Below, piece after piece: positions 52,042 through 64,000 of a stretch of DNA of 64,000 nt. Source of the DNA: Bigelowiella natans CCMP2755. Lineage: Eukaryota > Protista > Cercozoa. A program made the position numbers and the translations under genes. The notes beneath the pieces were generated by a model that worked only from the letters and a program-made list of their open reading frames with translations, did not search any database and was not told the DNA's origin. The DNA lies in NCBI GenBank assembly GCA_000320545.1, contig ADNK01000140.1:252003-316002 (forward strand), in the 5' to 3' direction. The stretch's first letter is position 1, and each line of letters starts with the position of its first letter.

Positions 52042-53753
52042 CTAGAGATCCAAATATTCGGATGACTTTCTTTTTCTTTCAGCACATCTCGAGTCTTTAG
52101 TTTCCCCCGTCTCAAAAGCATCTGAGGATGACATGTTCTCGATCTTCTGGTTACCTTCGGAATAATAGTGCTTGAACGATAATTCGCCTGCATCCATTGA
52201 GTGTGATGGCCTAGTTTTCATAGATTGTGACTGACTTATCTCATCCTCAATGTTTGTGTCAGATACATGCTCGCACTGTTCTGATTTCATCCTATTTTCG
52301 TATTCTTGAAGCTGAGCCCAGAAACCAGGATTAGGTTGTACAATTGGCCTAAGTTTCTTCAAAAAACTGTATGCAGCTTCTAAAGTCCAATTCTTGTGTT
52401 TCATCAGGAAAGCCAGAACTATAGTCGCAGAGCGAGAAACACCTTGGTAGCAATGCACTAAAATTCTGTTATTTTCACTGCGTACCTACCGGGGAATGTG
52501 TTCAAGCAAGATAGTTATTATAGTTTTATGTGTTGATTTTCGAGGAAATATGTTTTATCTATTGTACCTTCTCGATAAAAGTTATTGTCTCTGAGAAATA
52601 CTTGTCCAATCTTGTTGTGCTCATATCAGGAACATCAACATGGAGGTACTCAAATCTTATCGTAATATATCAAATTTTAGCATTCTTTTTTAAGAATAGA
52701 GAATTTAATCAAATTTGGACCTATTAGGATATAAGTTTCCAACTTCCGCAGAAAGGTTCAAAATATGGGTTATCTAGCAAGGTAAATTATAGCACTCAAA
52801 ATTCATTTCAAAAAGTTCATGGAGTAATTGTAATATTGTAATTACTCTTAAATCGTCCAGATGTTTAAGAAGCCTAGCATCAGCTTCACATCCGAGGTAA
52901 AGGAAGTCCTCGATGACAATAGTTGGATACCTAGGGGAAAACAGCTATTTAAGAAAGACCCTACAACATAAAATCAAAAGTTTACCAAGGTATCAGCTTG
53001 GATTCCTGAACAAATGGGAACCTTATAAATACCATCATGGCGAATGAGTCAGGTGATTAAAGCAAAATCTCATTCAAATTTAGTTCTCACCTTCTCATAA
53101 AGCCATCCACTCCATCCTGAAGGACACGGATTGATCGACAATTTGTCAGTATTGAAGCGAAAGCCCATGCCGGGTCATAGACTTCGCCACTACCTTTCTC
53201 ACTTACAACTACGACTTCCATCATGCGTCTACGTCGGAAAGCAAGCCGATCTTTCATTGGGAGTTTTGATTCAATCTCAGTCAAAATTTCTCTTGAAGAA
53301 TATACGGTATCGATATCATTCATTGCATATTTCTTGCCCGATACATCAATCGCAACAGAGCCTTTACGGTCACGAATAATACTTGAATCACGTTTCTCAA
53401 GCTGCCCAGCTTTTGATTGCAAACATTGCTGTACAACAGCGTCCAGTAGTTCTATGTTGATAGATCTTGGAAGATGTGCTTTAGAGAATGAAGATCCTAC
53501 CAAAGTCAAAGCTCCATTGTACTCATACTTAATCTAGATGAAAATGAATTATCTTTCTACCTTCTCGTACGTCCAGAATCATTAACGAACCAGCTGTTAA
53601 AATATTGAAGAGCTCGGCGCAGGTAATCCATTCAATAGCAGCCTCGGAAGGCTTCAATGATACCGATGAAGAAAGCAACCCAGATGTAGCTGAAGATTCT
53701 GCGCTTTCTTCAATAGATGAAATCGGTGCTAAACTCAGCTTGCATTTTTTCAT
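52042..53753 (-). CDS. Dual-specificity (MAP kinase) phosphatase with N-terminal rhodanese domain
   Basis: Rhodanese: WITCAELFNIL..LMILDVRE, FSKAHLPRSINI, IRVLQDGVDGF. DSP: YPTIVIEDFLYLG, VHCYQGVSRSATIVLAFLMK..VQPNPGFWAQL. Confidence 0.92.
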
Positions 53754-54222
53754 GCCTTATTGTATTAATTTTAGAAAGTAAATAACTAAAACAGATAGAA
53801 AAGGTGAATAATACAGAAAGAACAAACGCGTTGGAGTCCAGTATAGCCTTTCACTGGCGCTCTAGCCGTCGAACACAGAGCACACACAAGGTATCCACAT
53901 TCCCTACCTTATCACACAAACAATGTCACTTTGAAGACAACTAATGATACAATACTGTCTCTTCATAATACAGTGGTGGCGACGGAAAAGTAACGTGAAC
54001 TCCTCCATACAGCGCCTGAATATTTAAAATTATGAGCATGTGAGCTAATTATGGAATTATGAATGATGGCAGAAAAGAAATGTCATTGGAAATAGAAAAT
54101 TATTGCATCGTTAGTAAAGTCAAAGACATTGATGAAGCTAGCATCGTTCTACACACATGCAAGCTGAAGAGGCCGAGTCGGGAACCCAGTTGTCGGCAAC
54201 CATGAAGCATTGTGCGAAGGAC

Positions 54223-56440
54223 ATGAGCGAATTGGAATCTGGTCTTATCTTCGCCTTGCCTATCTATGTTTTTTAAGTGATAGCAAGAGGCATCCTGCCA
54301 GGAAAAACACTCAAATTACAAGACGTTATCATCCTTACGACAACAGTCTCTGCGAACAATCAATCATAAACCGGTGGTTGGCGAACTGTTGGGCGGTCGA
54401 ATGAAAGGATTTCGGTTTTTTGAGATTGTGCTGGTGGAGTAATTTTGAAAGGTAGATAGGGATTTTTATTGACGACAAGTGCGAACCTCCAAATATGATG
54501 TGATTTTAGCAGACTGACTTTGGTAGAGTTAAGACATTAAATAGAACCACTCGTGAACTGCCGACTTTTTTTTTTTGAAGTTTAAGTCAACAATGGAGCC
54601 TGATGGGGACAAGCTTCTCGAACAAGCTGTCTCGGAATTCTTGAAACGAGTTCGAACCCTTGAAGAAAACCTACCACTTTTGGAATCTGAGAAGACGTCA
54701 GACACCTCTGGTGAGAATCCAGAAAGTGGAAATTATGATAACGATGGTGATTCCGAAGAAGAGGAAGGAAATTCAGCCAAAATCGCTGACGGAAAAAGCA
54801 TAAAAAATGCAGGAGATCTTCTGAGAATTGTTCGGCAGGAAGTATGCTTAGAAGATGAGGAAAAACGCCAAGGTAATGATAGTATTGTTTGGTTTATCAC
54901 CAAAAGGTTGTTTACTTTGATATTTATCAGTTGAAAAACTGAAATTGCTAATCAAAACACCATTTCTCAAAAGTGCTCTATATCACATTCCTCGGTTACT
55001 TCCTGATGTAAAGCATACAATTTTTACTGATATGCTTTGGATAGTGAAACGAAGATAATTACTAGGCTATAGATCATATTGAAAAAATATGGAACACGGC
55101 CCTAAAGAGTTTGAAGTTCATGAAACACATAGCAGAGTATTTTAGGATGAATCCTGAAATCGTCGTGCTGCTTCTTAAGAGGTCACCACATTGCATTGTT
55201 ACAATAATATGAAATATGAATACCAACATAAACTACAATACTATCAGATTAAAGAACCCGAGAATAGGTATTTGGAAGAAAGAGATTTACGATAGCTTCT
55301 GACTACGAAATATGTTTCTTGGTGCAGCTTTATCTCATGGTCGAATACTAATGGAAGCTGTTAAGCACAAAACAGTGCTTTTTTTCATTCTTAACAGCTC
55401 ATTGGTACGTGCAACGTTCGAATATAATAATATAATGTGACAACATTTTATTTACTCACAAATTAATGCAGGTATGGAGAATTTTCGAAATAATCCAAAA
55501 TAAGGGAACAGTGTATACAACGCAACAACAGCTGTTTGAGATATTTAGGGTAATGTTAACAAGGGAATCTACTGGGAATAAGAAGGTGGTCGCCAGATTC
55601 TTGAAGAAAAAGTATACACAGGTTCAGTCGAAGATTTGATCGATTCAGTTTAAAGATTTGTTGAATGTCATATGATCATCTAGTTTTTCCATAAATTTAA
55701 CGAGCTCCTGAATAGTTCTTATGTTGTGAAGCGCCAGTCGTTCAAGGTTTGAAGACAATTTTCAAATCGTTATGATGTGAATATATTTTGTAACATACTT
55801 AGCTACTGTCTGAAATATTGCAAGAGACATTGAATTTCAAAGTTATGCTGGTAATAAGAAATAGAATTTACACTTCCATCCCCTCTCTCATAATTTATCT
55901 GGATCGATTGAATCCGCATGTGGCGTTGAGTTGACCGCAGTGCATAATCGCCAATATTTATATTAATAGTGATTCTTTATGCTACGTAGAAATACATAGG
56001 GATTCCTGGAAACCTCCAAATCTGCATTAATAGTATGCTCCAAAAAGATCCAAAAGCAAAAGGAATTCGATTCGAGGCATTTCATGGTTCCGTAACCTTT
56101 ATGATATATACGGTTCAGACTGAAAAATAGTTTTCCATCCGCATATAGTGTTCAAATTCTATGTTGCAAACCCCAATAAGGTGACTTTCGGAAATAATTT
56201 CTGTATTAATGTACATAGTCTAATTCCACTCCCGTCAGCCACCAAAAATTGTGGATCTTCTCTTAAAGAATCGGGATCCATTATTGGAGGCTCTAGATCA
56301 CATGGCAACAAATGGTAATTTTTATCTGAAAAATAATTTCTTCTTCTGAAGTTCTATGCATAATGTGGTCGTGTGCACCAGATGGGATTGACTATGGGAA
56401 AGAACTTCCATTGCTGAGACGAAAACTGATGAAATTATGA
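54223..56440 (+). CDS. MO25: Mo25/CAB39-family kinase scaffold (divergent, multi-exon; start uncertain)
   Basis: FNELLNSSYVVKRQSFKLLSEILQETLNFKVM and [47 protein letters not shown] are Mo25 C-terminal signatures. Stop TGA at 56438-56440. Confidence 0.85.
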
Positions 56441-56549
56441 GTACCAAACAATGGTACTGCGGCTAAATTTCGCATTCAGATCTAGAGATTACCTGGTGCC
56501 CTTTCATTGTTTGCCTTCGCATTGAAAGGCTGCTGTTTCTTTCTTTCCT

Positions 56550-57140
56550 AGTTTCTCCCATGCGCACATGCGCATGCAATGTGCCTCCTAGTTGTGCACA
56601 GCCTGCTATACTGCTAGCCTGTCTAGTGTCTTGCGACGGCGCAAAGCCTGTTACGTCTCTTTGATTCGTTTTTCTACATTTCACGCTTGCATTGCTAGAT
56701 TGCATGCAAGCGCTTGCTACACAGCGCACCTTGACAACCCTGCTAGCCTGCCTGCAGGTCTTCCCGTGCGAGACCTACCCATCAGCACTAGAGCATGCAC
56801 AGGCCCGTGCCGACACCATGCATCTAGACCATGGCAACATTGCACTTCCACAATGGTGCAGAGTACAAGAACTGTTTCAATCGTGCTCATGACATGTGTG
56901 TGGCTACACTTGCTGTCTAACTGTGCTGCAGCTCACCTCACAGTCTAGCAGTCTAGCAGTGCTTGTGGAACAATCACTGCAAGTGCTAGTGCTTTTGTTT
57001 TATTCGTACCTTCCTCATGACTTGCCGGAACTGTGTCGTTTCGTAGCATGGTCTAGATGCATGGTCGTCATGCAGCAAGCTGGGTAAGTACACTGTCCTA
57101 GCACATCTCTAGAACATGACATCTAGACATGCTTCATTGA
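56550..57140. other. CTAG/TGCA/CATG-rich 3'-end spacer S10
   Basis: catgcgcacatgcgcatgca, cagtctagcagtctagcag and catggtctagatgcatg; lies between the convergent Mo25 and MYND genes. Confidence 0.75.
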
Positions 57141-57272
57141 GCTCACGCAACAATTCGAAGCCAACATGTTTTTAATCCATCATGGAGGAAAAAATTGCAA
57201 AGCATCTAGCAACAAAATCAGAGAACGGAAACCGTTCCGTCATTGGAAGTTTTTGCTGCCCCCATTAGCCCG

Positions 57273-57995
57273 TTATGGTGGTTTCATCTCCTCGATGTTA
57301 TTCAAATAACGGCGCAATTTTGCTGCGTGACCAGGTTTTAGCCCCACACTGTCACGTAGCTCCTTCCATTCCAGTTTTTTATTCAGCTTCTTCCTTATAA
57401 AATTTAGACCTATTTTCAGTTTCTCGAATTTAGAGTAGTAATGTTCAAGTTTCAGCTTGATTAAAATTTCCTGCAGGATGAGAACATCTTTCTTTTCCTC
57501 CTCCCTTAATTCCTTCTGGGTCTTTGACGCTATCATGCCTTTCATTCGTCTGTCTTTCATTATTCTACAATTTTTGCCTTTGTGGGAAGGCCAGTCCTGC
57601 TTTTGGCATTTCTGATCGCAATAGTACACTGACTTGCACAGAGAGCAAGCCAAGGTCTTATTTTTTTTGCCACAGAAATTACATCTTTGTCGATACCCTA
57701 CTACAGCCTGCAGTTTAAAATACTCGAGGTTTAGCACTAATCGCTCAAAGATGTCAGGTTTTTCAAGTCCCTTCACAAACGAATGGAATTGGTCCCTTGA
57801 CACTCTGCCTCTCCAATGGTCAGGGATCTTCAATGAGTTCAGTTCGTCGTTCAACTCTGGTATAAAACTTTGGATCTGGGTTTTTGTTAGGATCTTGTCC
57901 TCTTCAAAGTACTGTAAACAGTAGTCGTACAGAGTCTCTGCAATTTGTATTACCCCCAGCTTGAACCAGGGAAGGTCCGGTTGCCTTGCCAGCAT
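57273..57995 (-). CDS. MYND zinc-finger protein with C-terminal SAM-like domain
   Basis: CNFCGKKNKTLACSLCKSVYYCDQKCQKQDWPSHKGKNC is a MYND finger; LIKLKLEHYYSKFEKLKI..ELRDSVGLKPGHAAKLRRYL is SAM-like. Uninterrupted 240-aa ORF. Confidence 0.85.
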   Translation of the reverse strand: MLARQPDLPWFKLGVIQIAETLYDYCLQYFEEDKILTKTQIQSFIPELNDELNSLKIPDHWRGRVSRDQFHSFVKGLEKPDIFERLVLNLEYFKLQAVVGYRQRCNFCGKKNKTLACSLCKSVYYCDQKCQKQDWPSHKGKNCRIMKDRRMKGMIASKTQKELREEEKKDVLILQEILIKLKLEHYYSKFEKLKIGLNFIRKKLNKKLEWKELRDSVGLKPGHAAKLRRYLNNIEEMKPP

Positions 57996-58213
57996 TTATT
58001 TTTCCCATGAATTCTGTGTCTTCCTTTGGAAGTCGCACGATAAGAATTACCTATGTTCTTGTCCGTTTTTAGACAATCATCCATGACGTAAAATGAAATG
58101 GATCTCCTCGTAGGATCTCCTGACATATGTGCATGTACATATCTCAGAGATATCTCAGAGACATCTCTTGGAGTTGGTTGGTAGGACCGACTGCCAACCA
58201 CACCACTTCTCCA

Positions 58214-59956
58214 ATGCTGCCACGATGCCGACCACCGCTGCTCGACCGACTTCACGTTTCGCAGAGCATGGCTCCACGAAGACTACATAGATTCCTCATC
58301 CACTGCAGTGCTACGGAGAAGAAAGACTTGGAACGCTCGGTGCCCGTCGTGATCATTGGGTGAGACAATCGATCGCTTGTCTTCGAACGAGCAAATCGCA
58401 CTCATTGCTTTCTGCATGTACAAATAAATTTAGCGGCGGAACAGTTGGAAAATGCCTGTCAGTTATGCTCTCTCGGCTAGGAGTAGACACGTTACTTGTC
58501 GAACAGCAGTCACGAACTAAGGGGGAGAATGGCAAAGAGCCTCCGCACTCTCATCCAAGGGCCCACGTCCTGCACACGCGTACCATGGAGATTCTCAGAG
58601 AGCTGGGTGAGTCGCAAGGAGGGGGAGAGAAATCTCTTGCCTTTGCATTGAATCAACGGAATAGATTATAGCGAGTGGGATGTGTCGCCTTTGCATAAAA
58701 TGAACGAGGACCAAAGGGATCCTATGTTATCTGGAAAAATGATGACTGAATGCGGTGTGTATCTGCCGTTCTGATAGGACTGGAACAGAATGTACACCAC
58801 CGAGCTCCACCGCTATCTCAGTGGCGGCATTTCCGGTCGCAAATTCGTTCATCACACTTTCACTTGACACAGACTCAAATGCACATACGCAGACGCATTT
58901 TTACTACAACCATGATTGTGCAAGCTCGAGTTTGCGAAGAAGAGCGTAACATTCCCCCTCATAAACGATGTAACCCTGCTGACAGATATGGAGAGTCGAT
59001 TCTTGGTGAGGAATTTGGAGCTGTGGATTTTTACAAAGGTTGTCGTTGGCTATGGGAAGAAAATCGAACGCACAGGAATGGAAATGACGATGATGATATA
59101 GACGATCATATCGACGACAACAGCATCACGTGTGATGGATGTCAGTCGCCATGATTATTTACTTCACGTCTATCTCCCGTCAAGTTGGGGCTGCTCACTG
59201 TCCGAAACAACTACTCCTTACACATTCATCTTGCTTTTTCCAAAAAAAGGGCACACTGCTAAATGGTTACGAGCTGCGAGTCCTGCGACTCTTTCGCACC
59301 TGTCTCAGCCCATGTAAGTTGTCTAGTAATAATCGTATTTCATTCACTCACAAATACGTTGGGTGGGTATCATCGGGATGTTACCATTTCCTCATTCTTT
59401 TTCCTTCGAAACTAAAGTCTCGACGAGATCTTGGGAGAAGTTATTGACGACGAGAGCCGATTTCCTGGGGAGATACGGAGACTCGAGGGATATCGTGGGA
59501 CGAGGTTGATCACACTTATGCTATTTTGCGTAGTTTCATCATTATAGTCCGTCATCAAACAAGAACCAACAATATCAAGGTTTGAGTTCATAAACGAAGA
59601 AGACGGCGAGGAGAAGCAAGATCAATGCCTCGACGATGATGGAGCTTTAAGCTGTGGTCGAGAGGGACTACAACCAGCACCTGCAGCATCAGCAGTATCA
59701 GCTTCAAAGGTAGGAATACGAGGGGGGAGAAAACGGGTGGCTGTGACCCTGACACCATCCTCATCCTCATCGTCATCGTCAAAATTAACAACTTCCGAGA
59801 CAACAACAATTTCGTGCGACTTCTTGGTCGCTGCTGACGGGGCAAACAGCGCCTTCAGGACTCAATTAGGCATCAACTTAGAAGGTAGCAGAACAAATGG
59901 ATGCAACTATAGTTTATCATCGTTGGCAAAGAATTTTCAATCATTCCTCACCTCAT

Positions 59957-59995
<39 letters not shown>

Positions 59996-62298
59996 CATAT
60001 ATTTACATGTATATGCTTCATATCATCCTTCTCTTTGCCCCTTTTCCTTCTCCCCCTTTTCCTCCTCTTCTTCCTCAATTGTTAAGGGAGCACGGCCTTG
60101 CAGCACTTCGTGAGTGTACATTTCACTTGCCGGTAGTGAGTGTTTGTGTTTATGTACTCATTCCATCCATTATTGCGAGGATAGCTTGACTTACTGTGTG
60201 GCCTCGTTTTTTTGTCATTCATTGACGTTCATATTACGATCTGCAGGGACCTTTGGAACCGTATAAACGAGCTCCAGCGCCCAGGGTGAGGAGGCGGAGG
60301 AGGGGGAGGACTAAGGATTTATGTATTCCTACAACAATTGATGACGGGCGGTCATCATGTGTCTCCTGTGATGTTTTAATTTGTTATTAATTATTTCTGT
60401 GTTTATCGAACAGAATGCTGCATTTCGTCTTCAATAGAAACGTAGTCGGGGTAATAATGATGATAATGATAACGACAACGATGACAGTGCGCCGCTACTA
60501 GTCAAAGCTACTCCTGCGAAGTGATTTGGCGTTTTCTTCTTCTTCGATCGCTGCGCATCCCTCTCTCAAACCAATTGCCACTTGTGCTTGTATCAAGACA
60601 TGTCGTATCTTATACGGGGCGTGTATGTGTGTGTGTGTGTGTGCGCGCGCGCGCGCGCGCGTGTATATGTGTCTGTACAAGGTGTTGGTTGCACACGACC
60701 TGGAAGAAGGACGTTGGGTTGCACAGGTGGTGCTTGTGTTTGCGGTTGGTCGTTGTAACAAAGCGATGATTATATCAAGAGAAAAGGAATGTGAAATATA
60801 TTTACTCACGAATATTTATACATCGTTTTCCCTGCTGTTTCTCATTCTTCTTCTTCCCTCGTATCCTATTTATGCTTCTTCTCTCTCTCTTCCCCCCCCC
60901 TCCCCCGCCTCCTCCTCCGTCCAATACTCATAGTTCCCATACTACCCTCCCCATCAAAGTGCTGAGGAAATGACGGTATACATGCTTTGTTCTCCGGCCT
61001 TTTGCCCTTTTTCTTCTCATCACCGAGGGTGATAAAACAAGAGAACAACTGAGAAGAAGACACCGAAAACACTTGCCGGTCGGCATCGATATACGCTATT
61101 AACCATTCTTCTTACCACCACCATCCTTGTCCCCTCCTCCTTCTTCTTCTTCTTCTAGAACCTGCAAACGTGCGAGAAGATGGTGCGAGACTGCATCGGA
61201 GTAGAAGATGATGGCAGTGGGAGAGGAGGAAGAGTACCACAGGTAAGAGTAGTAGCTCTAATAGGAATGATAACTTATTGTCGGTAGCACAATCACCTAC
61301 CTGGGGAGAGAATCATCTTTACACGTGCGGGAGGAGCCAACACGATTAGACTTGTGCACAGCACACACAGAAATGTGAATATTATATTGTGTGTGTGTGT
61401 GCGCGTGCGTGTTATGCATATAGACCGTTGATTCCACCCTTGCTCCTTCCCCCCCCCTCCCCTCTTCCTCCTCCTCCTCCTCCTCCTCCTCCTCCTCCTC
61501 CTCTCCCTTTCTATCTCAGGACGAGAGTAACCTGACAGACGACATAGTAGTGCACTCTGCAGACGCATGGTGTATGAATGCTCTCGTAGCAGAGTCCTTC
61601 AGGTTGCATGCAGCTGCCACTACTGCCAGTGTTACGAGTTGTTTAAGTCTTGGAGTGTAAATGCGATTAGTAACTCTGAATAACGATGCTCTGTTTAACA
61701 TCCAATCCATCTTCTTGTTGCTCTTAATTGGGGTCGTGCATTTTGTGATGACGCAGTGACAAGGAAGGAAGGGTGTTTCTGGTAGGAGATTCTGCCCACC
61801 AATTTCCTCCTTCAGGTGTTGTGTTTCATATGAATCCTTATATTCAAATGCAAGACGCCTTCTGATGTGTGCGCGACCTTTCTAATGCTTGCACGTCAAT
61901 GACTGGATAACCGAATAAGTAGTAGCGACGATGCATTTTCTTTGCGGCAGTATAAATCGTTGTTTGAGCACAGACGAGATGTACTGACATGAAAAAGAAT
62001 ATATCCTCAAAACAATCTGAACGTATGCAGGTGGTTTTGGTCTCAATGCCGGCATTCAAGATGCACATAATTTAGCTTGGAAAGTAGTGCTTTACATCCT
62101 CAACCCACTAGCATGCGTGTACATACGATGAGACCCGATGCTTACAGTGTACGTACGAACTCTTTTTTTGTTCAAACACAATGATAACGAAGAAACGTGT
62201 ATAATGCGGCAGCTTGCTAGCGTGCTCCACAATCGTGCTGATGAAGGTGAGTGAGAGCTTAGTATAGGAGAGAGGAAGAAGAAAGAGCGAGAGAGAAA

Positions 62299-62335
<37 letters not shown>

Positions 62336-62955
62336 TTTATATATATACATATATTTATATATTTGAGAGAAGGTACGGAGCGAGGCAAGAAAAAATAGCT
62401 GCTTCATCCAAAAAGAAGGATGACTTTGGAATTTACCCCGAAATTGCGCCAATGATTAGTCATGTCGGGAGGATATGCCCATCGAGTTGCTCATTCGAGT
62501 ACTTGTTTGAGTGTTTGCTTGTTTGTATGTTGGCACGTTGAAAAGCCATACTGAAATCGTACACCCCAGAGAGGAAGGTTGTGACCCAAGCCCTCAGAGA
62601 TCTAAGCGTAGGTCGTTGAAGAAAGAGGAGGGAGAGGGGGAGAGAGAAACAAAGGAAAAAGAAGTTTCTTACTCGAACATGATGATGATGATGATGATGA
62701 TGATGACGACGACGATGATGATGATAATGGCAATAGTAGCCCTTTTCCATGCATTATATATTCATCCGTGTCACAATGAAAGGATTTTGGTATTGTTATT
62801 CCAGACAATTTTCACCGCGGTTTGCTGATTCCAGAAGCTATGGGGCTACCACCTAACGTGCCAGAGATCATCTCTCAGGGCCTTCAGTCCCAGTATGTTG
62901 TAGTATATATCTGCAGCAAATACACCACCTCTATCACCATCCATATGACTATATT

Positions 62956-62988
<33 letters not shown>

Positions 62989-63277
62989 AAGTATAGATCG
63001 ATTGCACCTAGTGAGTACTGTGGACAACACTTGAGGGACGCGAAAGATGTGAAGAATGAAGGCCTTTCAGGATCGTCACTATATTCCTTCTCTTCTTCCT
63101 CTTCTTCCTCCTCCTCCTCTTCTTCTTCTTCTTCTTCTTCTTCTTCTTCTTCTTTTCTACCACTATTATCATCACCATCGTACTTATAACCCTCATGGCC
63201 TATCGTATCATAGACCAGCAAGTCTGCTTCCAGATACTGCAAAGAAGTCCCTCTTGGAAACGGTATTAGTAGTAATA

Positions 63278-63309
<32 letters not shown>

Positions 63310-63845
63310 TGGTGAATAGGTAGGATATTGTTCTTGTCAGGATGATACATGCATGTAGGTGTGTTTGCGTGTGTGCGATTGAGAAGTGCCGAACACATCA
63401 TCATCATCATTCTTCTTCTTCTTCTTCCTTCGCTTCTTCTCCTTCCCTGCCCGGTTACTTCACACCAATCAACGCCATTCTTTCACAATGAGCACAACTA
63501 GACATGCCGCCCACCACCACAATAACTACAGGCTTTGGGACTTGGTCGATCGTTGAACCCGATGATGATGATGGCCAAAGGATCTTCTTCCTCCTCTTCT
63601 TCTTCTTCTTCTTCTTCTTCTTCTTCTTCAGCAGCAGCAGCAGCCGTGGGCGAGATGGTATCGACGATGCTGCGGCCGCTTGGGCACCACCTGTCACGTG
63701 TTCGGTCCATATTGTCTAAGTTGAGGCGGTTCCCGCCCTTTTTTCCCCCCCCCCCCCTGGTTTTGGGGAACCCCGGGGTTTTGTTTTCCCTTTGGAGAAA
63801 TGGACCTGGGTTAAGTTTTTTTCCCCCCCCCCCCCCCCCCTCCCC

Positions 63846-63891
<46 letters not shown>

Positions 63892-64000
63892 CTTGTGTGC
63901 GTGTGTGTGTGTTATATGTACGTGTCTTGAGATATACGCATGTGCTACCATTTCGTGGTTGCTGAATATGGGTTCTCACTACTTCTTCTTCTCTCTCTCT
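58214..64000 (+). CDS. FAD-dependent aromatic monooxygenase (FAD_binding_3, PheA/TfdB-like), continuing beyond the window
   Basis: VPVVIIGGGTVG..LSRLGVDTLLVE, HPRAHVLHTRTMEILRELG, CDFLVAADGANSAFR, VLVAHDL, RVFLVGDSAHQFPPSG and GFGLNAGIQDAHNLAWK across GT-AG exons. Confidence 0.9.

Noticed and set aside
460-57140. CTAG richness as relic (TCTAGGG)n nucleomorph-type telomere repeats
   Set aside because: No tandem periodicity, and GGG is scarce in these blocks.

Overview
Eukaryotic nuclear DNA, gene-dense and rich in short GT-AG introns, so the ORF track mostly shows exon fragments. I assembled gene models by reading splice sites by hand, and exon limits are approximate. A green-algal-type CP29 (LHCB4) carrying a signal peptide plus transit peptide points to a chlorarachniophyte (Bigelowiella-like) host. 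About 19 genes are present: a class-3 lipase 3' end, a GT25 glycosyltransferase, USP14/UBP6, an AtpI/CGL160-like plastid protein, CP29, a DUF3431 protein, a plastid alpha/beta-hydrolase, RBMX2/Snu17, a PHD/C2HC/CCCH repeat protein, a PH-DEP-2TM-EDR2_C protein, a rhodanese-DSP MAPK phosphatase, Mo25, a MYND-SAM protein, an FAD monooxygenase and five hypothetical genes. The most striking non-genic structure is a set of ten 0.4-1.3 kb spacers rich in CTAG/TGCA/CATG/AGCT and apparently poor in CC/GG. They sit at essentially every gene 3' end and never at divergent promoters, and some share relic repeat sequence. Microsatellites are concentrated in the interior of long genes. No rRNA, tRNA, CRISPR array or intact transposon was recognised.
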